A stretch of DNA of 64,000 bases from Chrysomallon squamiferum (lineage: Eukaryota > Animalia > Mollusca). The position numbers and the translations under genes are program-made. This document shows positions 11,087-21,400 of the stretch, piece after piece; position 1 is the first letter of the stretch, and every line of letters begins with the position of its first letter. Where the stretch lies: assembly GCA_012295275.1 (NCBI GenBank), contig CM022665.1:36518001-36582000 (forward strand), given 5' to 3'. Under the pieces are notes generated by a model that searched no databases, had not been told where the DNA came from, and worked only from the letters and a program-made list of their open reading frames with translations.

Positions 11087-14000
11087 ATGAATTTTAAAAA
11101 CCGTGTCATTAAATCAGCGAGGACAAAAACCTGCAAGAGTCAGAGTGAAATGAAAAAAACAAAGAAAATCTCATTACTTACTAATTCAGTTGTTACTTCC
11201 AAAAACGTGCCAAATCCTGCTGTGCCAGCTTTCAACAGCATGTCATCATTACCTTCCACTTCTTATTCAGCAAACGTCAAAGTGTGCACCAATAATTTGA
11301 TACCTGTTTTTGCTATAAAGAACGAGCCCTCTGTTCCAGAACAAAATCGCCTTACCTTCAGTTTACCTGTATCTTCAGCAAAGCGAAAACGCTCAGAAGC
11401 ACCACCTGGTTACACCGGGTCCTCAGCACCTGTTTTTATGTCTTTAGTAGGATCACAGAATTACATTAGCCCTACATTTCAGACAACTTCAGCTGAACAT
11501 GCACCGTCTACGAAAGGTTTACCAAATTACATTCACTTACCTTTATCAACCGTAGAAACAAAAAACGTGTTTTCGGCACGACCACCGTGTTATGTCAGTT
11601 GTCCATCATCATCAACCAGTTCGATAAATAATACTTTTAATATGGATCATTCTTCATCTACCAAGTCAGTTATTATTATGACATCAAGTAATGCTGCTGA
11701 ATCGATGCAAAACATTAATAATTCATTTCATAGTGGTCAGATGCAAAGCAATAATATACTTGAAAATATTATAAAATACGACCAAAAGAGTGGTATCGTG
11801 GAATCACCATGTGAAGTCACTAACATAGGAAGGGTCATCCAGACATGTGTTGCAGAGCAAGGGAATGTGGTGCAAGTCGTGTATCCACTAGTCAAGCTAT
11901 CTCCTTCCTCACTTCCAACCAGTGAAAAAAGGCAACAGAAGCTTTTGTTACCAAAAGAAGATCTGAAACAAAACATTAGGAGACCAGTGCCCATCTCTGG
12001 CAAAAAAGTCAGTTCAACAGTATATCCTACAATATATCCAAAATTTACAGCGCCATCTGCTACATCGACACAGCGGCCAACAATTATAAATACAAATGTT
12101 TGGCCAACTGCTACTTTTCAACACTCACAAAAAAATCCTCGATCTACGATTACGCCTACTTTTCAAATCCCTCGATCTATTGCCACTGGTATTCAATCAC
12201 AAACAAATGATATAACAAAGAAGAATGAAAACCAAACATTTTTAGCCATCCTGCCTTCATCTCTTAGAATGATTGGTTCATATTCCAGTACAGCACAAAA
12301 TCATGTAGTAAATCCATCCGAAAATATGTTGGATTCGACTGCAGCAAGCAGAGCTGCCAGCAGCAGTACTGACAACAAAAGTCCTCTGAAACTTAAAATC
12401 GAATCAGTCTATTCCCTTGCGGATCAGCCAGAGAATGCCAAACAAAACTACGCTGTAGAACACGAAAAATATTCCTCTGAAAATAAAGAATTGTCAGTTT
12501 GTGAGAAACCAAATACCAAATCTGTAGTCATTCCTCCTAACTTGGTCATGTCCAAACCAGATAACGAACCTTTTAAATCTTTTTTTCATCAGAAATCTGA
12601 AAATTGTTCTGTTATTGCTTCTGCTGTCAGTTTCGCAGCGTCCAATACTAATGATGTTACCATTCAACGTAGTAAGAATATGATAAACACGGGATTGATC
12701 AATATCCACAAAACAGATTCTAACCCATCATTTGTTGAACGATATCATTGTTGTTCAGTATTTGGAACTCAAATCTCCATCCCGGCATCAAACAGTACAT
12801 TTGTTACCTTGAGCTCGCCAAGCACTGCTGTTATTAATGCGGAAAACAGCTGTGCTGTATATTCAAGTCACTGTACTTCAGTAGTAAGAAGTGATGTCTC
12901 CATCCCGGCATCAAACAGTACATTTGTTACCTTGACCTCGCCAAGCACTGCTGTTATTAATACTGGAAACAGCTCTGCTGTACATTCACGTCTTCAAAAG
13001 ACTCATTATGGTTCTGTGGTTAGAACTGATGTCTCCATCCCGGCATCAAACAGTACATTTGTTACCTTGAACTCGCCAAGCACTGCTGTTATTAATACTG
13101 GAAACAGCTCTGCTGTACATTCACGTCTTCAAAAGACTCATTATGGTTCTGTGGTTAGAACTGATGTCTCCATCCCGGCATCAAACAGTACATTTATTAC
13201 CTTGAGCTCGCCAAGCACTGCTGTTATTAATACGGGAAATAGCTATGCTGTACATTCATGTCTTCAAAAGACTCATTATGGTTCTGTGGTTAGAACTGAT
13301 GTCTCCATCCCGGCATCAAACAGTACATTTGTTACCTTGAACTCGCCAAGCACTGCTGTTATTAATACGGGAAACAGCTATGCTTTATATTCAAATCATT
13401 GTACTTCGGTAGTAAGAAGTGATGTCTCCATCCCGGCATCAAACAGTACACTTGTTACCTTGAGCTCGCCAAGACTTGCTGTTATTAATGCGGGAAACAG
13501 CTGTGCTGTACATTCACGTCATTGTACTTCAGTAGTAAGAAGTGATATCTCCATCCCGGCATCAATCAGTACACTTGTTACCTTGACCTCGCCAAGCACT
13601 GCTGTACATTCAAGTCTTCAAAAGGCTCATAGTGATTCAGTTGAAGCAAATGTTGGGATCCTGGAAACAAATTCTGAAAAGATTGATTGTAGTAAACAAG
13701 CTGCAACTAATATATCCATCCATACAAAAGTCGCGAATACTACTAAATGTGATAAAAATGTATCTCTTATGTCGCCCTCTGTTAAAAATGTGCGAAATAT
13801 CAGTATAACCAAATTTTTTGACCCTTGCTATGTTGTTTTGGAGAAACTTTCTGAAAAACAGATATCGTATTTAACATCGGCCGCAAATAAAAAGCGAACA
13901 AAAAAGACAGTTAGGTCGAAAAAGATGAAAAAGTCAAAAGTATCCAGCGGAGATGCTGGTAACTTTCTAGAAAAAGAGTGCTCAGCTTACTGTCGAAAGC

Positions 14001-15712
14001 GTACACTGGCGTGTCTTTGCCGCTTAGACAAATTGAAATGTCACCATGTGAAACGTTATGAAAACAGAAACGCAAAACAAAACAACGAAGCCAGTGAAAT
14101 TAGTCTGTCCAGTAAACAATCAGAAATGTCGGGCATACCTCGTGTTTTGGATGTCGTGCACTCCAATAAGGTTGCCGGTAACAAACAACCATCTTACGAG
14201 GAAATGAAAAATTCTGAAAAAAATGATAAAAGGCGGCTGCGATTCGTTTTTAAGAACAAAACATTCTATCTAGTTCCATTGTCGAAAAATGTTTCATATA
14301 GGCTGAAAGCTAAAGGCCGTGCTAAAAATGCTCTGTTAAAATCTGCTGGTAAAATCACGCCTTCGGGAACTTCAGTTTCGAAATCAGGAACAAAAGCTGA
14401 ACCAGTCCAGCAAACGGATTCACTGCCAGCTTGTAATTTAAAGGAAGACAGTCATGCATCTGTGAAAGAGAATGAACAAAATCCACCCTCTGACCAGACA
14501 AAAATGCATATAGTGATAAAAAGTAATACATCCAATTTGATTTTAAATGATCGACAAACAAAGCTGATGGAGAAAAAGGAATCGCTTGAGCTTCCAAATG
14601 TCCCGGAAAACACTGACGAAGGTTTGTCATCAGATTCCGCACGTGCGTCAAGCGGTTTATCGCGGAAAAAAGAACAAACCAAACGTACGAGATCAGATCC
14701 CGAACTTGCATCAAAAGGTTTATCGCAGAAACAAGTACAGGTAACCAAACGTACGAGATCAGATTCCGCAATTGCATCAAAAGGCTTATCGCAGAATCAA
14801 GTACGGGTAACCAGACGTACGAGGTCAGATTCCGCAATTGCATCAAAAGGTTTATCGCAGAAACAAGTACGGGTAACCAAACGTACGAGGTCAGACTCCG
14901 CACTTGCGTCAAAAGGTTTATCGCAGAAACAAGTACGGGTAACCAAACGTACGAGATCAGATTCCGCACATGCGTCAAAAGGTTTATCGCAGAAACAAGT
15001 ACGGGTAACCAAACGTACGAGATCAGATTCCGCACATGCGTCAAAAGGTTTATCGCAGAAACAAGTACGGGCAACCAAACGTACGAGATCAGATTCCGCA
15101 CATGCGTCAAGCGGGATATCGCAGAAACAAGTACGTGCAACCAAACGTACGAGATCAGATTCCGCAAGCACGTCAAGCGGTTTATCGCAGAAACAAGTAC
15201 GTACGAGATTAGTTGCGACTAGTAGTAAAAAAGAAACGAGAAAAACTAAAGAAAGGAAAACAAAATCGTGGAAACTGTCAAAGCCTTACGAAAAATGTTG
15301 CTATCGAGATGACTCCCCGAGATATAATAAAACATGCAAAGATAAAAAGAATTCCACGAAGTACTGCCTTCATAGTTCAACATTAAAACGTTCCTCGTCA
15401 TCTTTACCTGCAGATGCAGAATCCATGCAACATTCCGTCGACAAACCAATATTAAAACAAACTCCAGCATCATTAAAAGACACTCAAAGATTAACTCATG
15501 ATACATGTGACAAAAATAGAATTGAAACAGAGAATCCAAGCTCGACAGTTCAGCACTTGCCGTCGAAACTTCTCAGAACAGTTGATGATGTCTCTATGGA
15601 ACCCAGTGAAATCAGGATTCGACGACTGAAAGAACTATTACGTGAAAAAGAAAGAATGCTGGAAGATCTTAAAAGAAAGAAATGTATTTTGTCTTCATTT
15701 TCAAATTGTTAA
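11087..15712 (+). CDS. 1541-aa uncharacterised nuclear protein, LRIF1/HBiX1-like, with internal tandem repeats; one large coding exon
   Basis: A 4.6-kb stop-free ORF in very AT-rich DNA is not expected by chance. Acceptor ttttcag at 11043 lies just upstream. Ser/Thr/Lys-rich with NLS-like basic patches. C-terminal EIRIRRLKELLREKERMLEDLKRKK resembles the recalled LRIF1 end DEKIRRLKQVLREKEAALEEMRKK. Coding status is high confidence; the family call is moderate. Confidence 0.85.
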   Translation: MNFKNRVIKSARTKTCKSQSEMKKTKKISLLTNSVVTSKNVPNPAVPAFNSMSSLPSTSYSANVKVCTNNLIPVFAIKNEPSVPEQNRLTFSLPVSSAKRKRSEAPPGYTGSSAPVFMSLVGSQNYISPTFQTTSAEHAPSTKGLPNYIHLPLSTVETKNVFSARPPCYVSCPSSSTSSINNTFNMDHSSSTKSVIIMTSSNAAESMQNINNSFHSGQMQSNNILENIIKYDQKSGIVESPCEVTNIGRVIQTCVAEQGNVVQVVYPLVKLSPSSLPTSEKRQQKLLLPKEDLKQNIRRPVPISGKKVSSTVYPTIYPKFTAPSATSTQRPTIINTNVWPTATFQHSQKNPRSTITPTFQIPRSIATGIQSQTNDITKKNENQTFLAILPSSLRMIGSYSSTAQNHVVNPSENMLDSTAASRAASSSTDNKSPLKLKIESVYSLADQPENAKQNYAVEHEKYSSENKELSVCEKPNTKSVVIPPNLVMSKPDNEPFKSFFHQKSENCSVIASAVSFAASNTNDVTIQRSKNMINTGLINIHKTDSNPSFVERYHCCSVFGTQISIPASNSTFVTLSSPSTAVINAENSCAVYSSHCTSVVRSDVSIPASNSTFVTLTSPSTAVINTGNSSAVHSRLQKTHYGSVVRTDVSIPASNSTFVTLNSPSTAVINTGNSSAVHSRLQKTHYGSVVRTDVSIPASNSTFITLSSPSTAVINTGNSYAVHSCLQKTHYGSVVRTDVSIPASNSTFVTLNSPSTAVINTGNSYALYSNHCTSVVRSDVSIPASNSTLVTLSSPRLAVINAGNSCAVHSRHCTSVVRSDISIPASISTLVTLTSPSTAVHSSLQKAHSDSVEANVGILETNSEKIDCSKQAATNISIHTKVANTTKCDKNVSLMSPSVKNVRNISITKFFDPCYVVLEKLSEKQISYLTSAANKKRTKKTVRSKKMKKSKVSSGDAGNFLEKECSAYCRKRTLACLCRLDKLKCHHVKRYENRNAKQNNEASEISLSSKQSEMSGIPRVLDVVHSNKVAGNKQPSYEEMKNSEKNDKRRLRFVFKNKTFYLVPLSKNVSYRLKAKGRAKNALLKSAGKITPSGTSVSKSGTKAEPVQQTDSLPACNLKEDSHASVKENEQNPPSDQTKMHIVIKSNTSNLILNDRQTKLMEKKESLELPNVPENTDEGLSSDSARASSGLSRKKEQTKRTRSDPELASKGLSQKQVQVTKRTRSDSAIASKGLSQNQVRVTRRTRSDSAIASKGLSQKQVRVTKRTRSDSALASKGLSQKQVRVTKRTRSDSAHASKGLSQKQVRVTKRTRSDSAHASKGLSQKQVRATKRTRSDSAHASSGISQKQVRATKRTRSDSASTSSGLSQKQVRTRLVATSSKKETRKTKERKTKSWKLSKPYEKCCYRDDSPRYNKTCKDKKNSTKYCLHSSTLKRSSSSLPADAESMQHSVDKPILKQTPASLKDTQRLTHDTCDKNRIETENPSSTVQHLPSKLLRTVDDVSMEPSEIRIRRLKELLREKERMLEDLKRKKCILSSFSNC
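12775..13640 (+). repeat. In-frame coding tandem repeat, 7 copies of 123/135-bp (41/45-aa) units
   Basis: ctccatcccggcatca recurs at 12775, 12898, 13033, 13168, 13303, 13426 and 13549. Peptide unit VSIPASNSTFVTLxSPSTAVINTGNS... Confidence 0.95.
14630..15208 (+). repeat. In-frame coding tandem repeat, about 8.5 copies of a 66-bp (22-aa) basic unit
   Basis: Unit KRTRSDSAxASKGLSQKQVRVT starts every 66 bp from 14681 to 15143, with a partial copy near 14630. Confidence 0.95.
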
Positions 15713-16720
15713 TAAAAAGTCCTAATGCATTTCGTGATTTTGTTGTTGTTTTTATCCAAGAGAGTAACCTATAAAATATGACAGTAGTATAACATTTCTG
15801 TGAAAAACCGCCATATAATTTGAATTTTCAAAATACTACGAGAGCATTATGCGTTTTCTTTATTATGGTTTATTCAGTTATGTTGAAGGTGATCGTTGTT
15901 TTAAAGTAACGTTTATTAAACTGTTAATTTCTATCAATCTGTCATGTTTAATTTACACTTCTCTATAAAATGTGGCATAATGAGCACATGACAAATTTGT
16001 TAACATCTACGGACATTGCTTTAATAATTATGATTAGCAAACATTGGAGTCCATAAAAGTAAAACGATCACAAGACAGTATAGAAAATGTGGCCATATTA
16101 ATATATTAATGTTGTTTTTTAAAATTAACTTACTATTGCATTCGCATCAGACATAAATGCAACTAAATAATTTACTATTGGGGGTATTGCTAAATACCCC
16201 CTAACTCTGTCTTGCCTTTGTCCTCCACAAAGTTCGAAATACCATATTATGGATAATTTGATCACTGCAAATTAAAAATGAACAACTTCCGATAAAAATA
16301 ATAAATATTTCATTGTAAATTAAATATTCTTTTATATGACGTGCAAGGACTCCTGAAATATAAATAATATTCATAATAGTAGAGGTAGCAGTAGTAACAA
16401 TTGTAGCAGTAGCAGTAGCAGTCGTAGTAGCAGCAGCAGAAGAAGTAGCAGTAATAGTAGTGGTAAAACATTTATTTGACTGGAGATTGGAAATGAACGG
16501 GCTTTTTGGGCTAAGGCTTAATATATTCTTAAATTTAAAATAAACAGTGAAGAGTAAACAACGAAATTATATTTAACAGGTTCAAAGCCAAATAAATGTC
16601 TGCAGTAGTAGTAGTATTTATTTATTTTCACATATTATCATGAAACTGAAATTATTATCAAGCTGGTTTGTTTTTGTTTTTTTCGGGTTTTTTAAGGGCA
16701 TTCCCAATTTTCTACTATTC

Positions 16721-16722
<2 letters not shown>

Positions 16723-16784
<62 letters not shown>
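16723..16784. repeat. (CT)n microsatellite
   Basis: Directly visible. Confidence 0.95.
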
Positions 16785-16787
<3 letters not shown>

Positions 16788-16984
16788 CACTGATTTAAAA
16801 TATCGATATTTTTGCTTTTCATTTCTTTAGAAACAAACAAAAAAAAAACCACCAACAATAACAAAGAAAAACAACTTCCATTTATTTGTTATTGTTATTG
16901 TCATTATTATTTTTTATTAATTTATTTATTTTTATTATTTATTTATTTTATTTTATAATAATGATAATAATAATTATTATTATG

Positions 16985-17029
<45 letters not shown>

Positions 17030-17995
17030 TACATTGTATAAATGTATAACTTGTGTCCATTTCTTTCAACTTAGTTTTGGTTATGAAGTTTTGTGGCGTC
17101 TCTAGTCTAATTTCAGCAGCTGTTATAGAACTGGTGAATAACTGAAGTTCATTTTTAAATGATTAAACAGACATCAGCGAAGTGAAATAAACAAATTCAC
17201 ATTAAATTATAAAACTTCTTTACAATGTCAAAATAATTAACACATCTGTGGATGAAATGAATGTGTGTTTCTTATACATGACCAGTTCACCCAAGGGTGA
17301 ATGAAATAATTATGTTATTCCTCATTATTTGCACTAAATGACTTAATTTACTCAGATTTTTGTATTTTCTTCTTTATTTATCAGATATACACACTCACAT
17401 GCACAATGATATTATTGAAATAACAAACGATCTATCTAGATCGATTAATTTCCCATTATCTAAAATGACTTCATCTTCAATACTGGCATTTACTGAAATT
17501 GCAAACAAATTACATCATTATTTTCATACATAATTTTAATGTCACCAACAGAATTAACGAGACCACAGTTTTGGCTTCGTAATTATTTTAAGTATATATT
17601 ATTTTCTCATCCATATTATCAGGTTTGTAAATTCCTCAAATGAACTTATTTTAAGGGGGAAAAAAATTATAAAAAATATTTAGACAACTCTTTAAGAGAG
17701 AGAGAGAGAGAGTGAATAACAATAATTTATGAAATTCATATTGTACTCGATGTTCCTACATAAATTATGTCAATTATTCACTAGCTCTCTGTATCAGTTA
17801 CTTATACGTACGAAAAATGCTGAACGTGAATTAAGAAAATTATCAAAACTTGTGACTTGAGCGATGCATGTTTGCAGAACCGCTATTTGTGTTGTAAGCA
17901 AAACATTTAACTAATTACGTAAGCGGTTCTGCGAAAACGATGATGACGAGCATGTTTATGGGGATAATAATAAAGATAAAATGATTATGACGACG

Positions 17996-18046
<51 letters not shown>

Positions 18047-18341
18047 GTGCAGACTGCCAAAAAAAAAAAAAAAAAAACCAAAACAATAACAACCTTTATT
18101 GAATTGTAAGAACAGCATTATTTGAAATAATTATTTATTACTGTTACTGCTGCTGCCACTAGTTTTACAAATAATAAATAAATAAATAAATAAATAAATA
18201 ATAAAATTATAATGGCTGGTTGGTCAAGAATATATCAGTACTAAGAAAAACTAAATTTTTCAGGAGATCTTTTTCGTTCAGTATAGTGTTATGATCGACT
18301 AATGCTCGATCGACAGCGTAATACAGTACAGCATTAGGTTA

Positions 18342-18352
18342 TTGGCGCGAAA
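18342..18352. promoter_or_regulatory. E2F site upstream of the POLA2 ATG
   Basis: TTGGCGCGAAA is the reverse complement of TTTCGCGCCAA, the canonical DHFR-type E2F site, and ends 24 bp before the ATG. A second TTTCCCGCG lies in intron 1 at 18748-18756. Confidence 0.7.
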
Positions 18353-18375
18353 CTTCCAAAGGAAAAAAGCCCGCC

Positions 18376-18460
18376 ATGTCTCTAGAGTCAGAAGAATCGT
18401 TGGCAGAAGAATTTGACGTGTTTGGAATTGAGTTAGATAGTGTCGATTGTATTGATAAAT
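18376..18460 (+). CDS. POLA2: POLA2 coding exon 1
   Basis: ccgccATG Kozak-like context; MSLESEESLAEEFDVFGIELDSVDCIDK; donor gtaagt. Confidence 0.9.
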
Positions 18461-21400
18461 GTAAGTTTTGTTTGATACATTTTACTAATTCAGTTAACGA
18501 ACGGCATAAATCAAGTCCACTGATTGATCAGCTGCAGCCGAGAGAGGTTAATAGTTGAGCGTTGGTCGAAACTTTAGAACATTTTTACTTAGATAGATGA
18601 TTAGATCATGTTCATAGAACTTGAAATTTGAACACAGTATAACTCAGTATCTAATATTATTCAGTGTCTTCCGAGAATCCACTGTGATATTTTTAATTTA
18701 ATCGGTGGTCTACAACTGGTTTATCAAAGTCAGTAATGGCTGCAAGATTTCCCGCGAGTAGAAAGATGCACAATAATCACACTTACACTTTTTTTTACAG
18801 TAGACTAAAGTCATAATGATATTATGTATTATGAATACAAGTAATATACTTAAATAGCAATGCGAATATAATGCTAACAATAATATTAATATATTTTATG
18901 TATTTTATGTTGTTATTAAATTATTATTTGATTTTTTATTTATTTGTTTGCTTTACTGTTTTTTGGTGGTTTTTTTTTACTTATTTAAAAAATAAATTTC
19001 CCCAGTGAAGGAACTGTGCAGGATATATCGCCTAGATGCATCTGACATTGCCACAGAATGGGTTGCATTTGCCCAGTCAAAGAACATTCCTTGTATTTGT
19101 GCTGCCACACTGGAGGTTTTTGAAAGAGAGGTAAGTTGAGGTCAGATTATGGGAAAAATAATTTGCATATTTTTATCCACACTGTATGCAGAAAGATCAT
19201 AATGCAAGAAATTATTTACAATGTGATTAGCATGTTGACACCAGAATAGTGGATACACACACACACACAAAAGAAGAAGAAACGTTAATTTTTATTGGTA
19301 TAAAATTTACAGAGTATATATGTCTAACTTTTAACTGAGAGATACTGATCAGGCCAATAGAAGAATCACACACTGATTGCAGCTGGTCAGTAAATATGAT
19401 TGTTATTATTTCTTTTTTAGATTTAATAGAGCACTTTCTTGAGTTGTGATTGGTAACCTTCAGAACTGTTGTGTCAGAAGCCTATATTTTGTGTGTGTGT
19501 GTGTGTGATGCAGATCATGCTATCATGGAAAACCCATCACATGTTGCAAAAAAAGAAAATCTGTTCTATAATTTAACAGATTTTGTATGTAGCTTTTCAG
19601 AACGTTTTAAATTAATTATCTAGCTTGATCAAAACAGAAGTTATGTTACAATAAATGATATGTCTAGCTACAAATAAATACAGGAGAAAATACAAGGCTT
19701 TATTCATATCTGATCCTCTGTATCTATAGCATTTATCAGGTACCGGCATGCAAATTTTTTCTGACGTTAATTTCACATAATATGCAAAAAATGCATAATG
19801 AAAGCTGTAGCAAAAAGAATGAAAACACACACAAATTATTACTCTATCTCCAGCGGTTAAGAAGATGTGTGCAAATCAGTACGACATGTGTTTTTTAGCC
19901 CTGTTTTGGCTAATTAGCAGAAAGGGCTACTTTGGCCAACTGTAGTTTGAAAAGTAATTGACACAAAAGGCTGAAAATCAACAAGAGTGATGGGACCAAC
20001 TTGCTAAATGAGCTCAATTTTTTTCAGACCTGTATGTTTGTATGTGTGTTCACAATAACATGCTGAACATGCCAAAATCTTCAAAACGACACATGGCAGA
20101 ATGAGTAAAAGTTCAAATAGACACTGTGGTTTCAGTTTTTGTCTTATTTGACAAATTCAACCCGTGTTGTGAACAATTTACAAGATCTTTCGAATGACAT
20201 ACTTAAAGCTAACATTTGTAATAAAAAAAAAAATAGTTTTTTTCTACCAAACCCATAAAAAAAATATTACCTTTTCAATTTATATAGAACAGCACAACTT
20301 TATTTACATAAGCAGCTTCAATTTTCACTCTGTTAAATAACTGGTAGTAATAAGTTAAGATACTGAGATGTGTATATATCATATATATATATATATAAAT
20401 GTTACTTAAAAGGTCTACAAGCATTTGATGTTTAACCATAATCCTTTGCAATACAAAAAACTCAGCTAATCCTTGGAGTCAACTCCAGAAAGGTGTTGCA
20501 GGTATTAATCAGGGACAATAAAATGTATGTAATCATGAGACAAGACGCAATTAAAGACACAGGTGTTGTAAGTCTGTCATTTGAAGCAAACATAAAATAA
20601 TTTTCTTAGCTTTGTACTTGCTGTGATTTGACATCAAACAAAAGTTACCTATCATTTGACCATTGTTGAAATTTCCTCTGATAGAGCTTATCAACAAGCA
20701 AAAATAATGTTTTGAAACTGATCAATTTATGATTTTATATTTTAAAAAAAGTGATTAAATTTTTATTCAGCATTCCATCAATACCTCTGACTACATTGTT
20801 CTATTATGTTGTATAGTTTGATATAGTTATGATTCTTTATTCACCGTTTATCTGAAAGCAAAATAATTGACGGTTTTAAACTGAAGATGGTAATTGGCAA
20901 AACAATGTTAATTTGTTTATTTCAGAGCGCGATTTCGCTATGCACGTGCTAAAAGTTGGAACACTGAAGAAAAATAAACAACCAACAAGTTATTAAAAAT
21001 ATAAACAACATATAAATATAATCATTTTAAACAGTGCCAGACCTTTCTAGCTGTACATAAGATCTACAGCGATTTTGTTCTGTAAAAAACGTAACGTAAT
21101 GGTGATTTCGCTAAGCACGTGCTACGTTCAAACGCAGAGCTTGTTTTTGCCAAAGAAGACACACCATAGTGTTGCACATTGTTTGAAAGGTAATTGAATG
21201 ATCTTTCATTTGATCCCGTGAATATAGGTTTTATTTTCAGCCAGTTTATTTCAAAATTGGTTTGAAGGCATGAAAAAGTACATTTTTGGACACAATTTGA
21301 TATAAGCGATTGCCAGCGACGACATGCACATGGTTAGAAAGATTGAACTTTGACCCTTCTATCTGTGCTAAAAATAATATTGAAGCCATTTTGGCAAAAA

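Noticed and set aside
14355-15176. 273-aa antisense ORF (and the 124-aa one) opposite the basic repeat
   Set aside because: By-product of a 66-bp stop-free unit being amplified; the sense frame explains the region.
16180-16201. GGGGGTATT-GCTA-AATACCCCC hairpin downstream of the large ORF
   Set aside because: A 9-bp stem is unremarkable in 64 kb and does not match the histone stem-loop, SECIS or IRE patterns.
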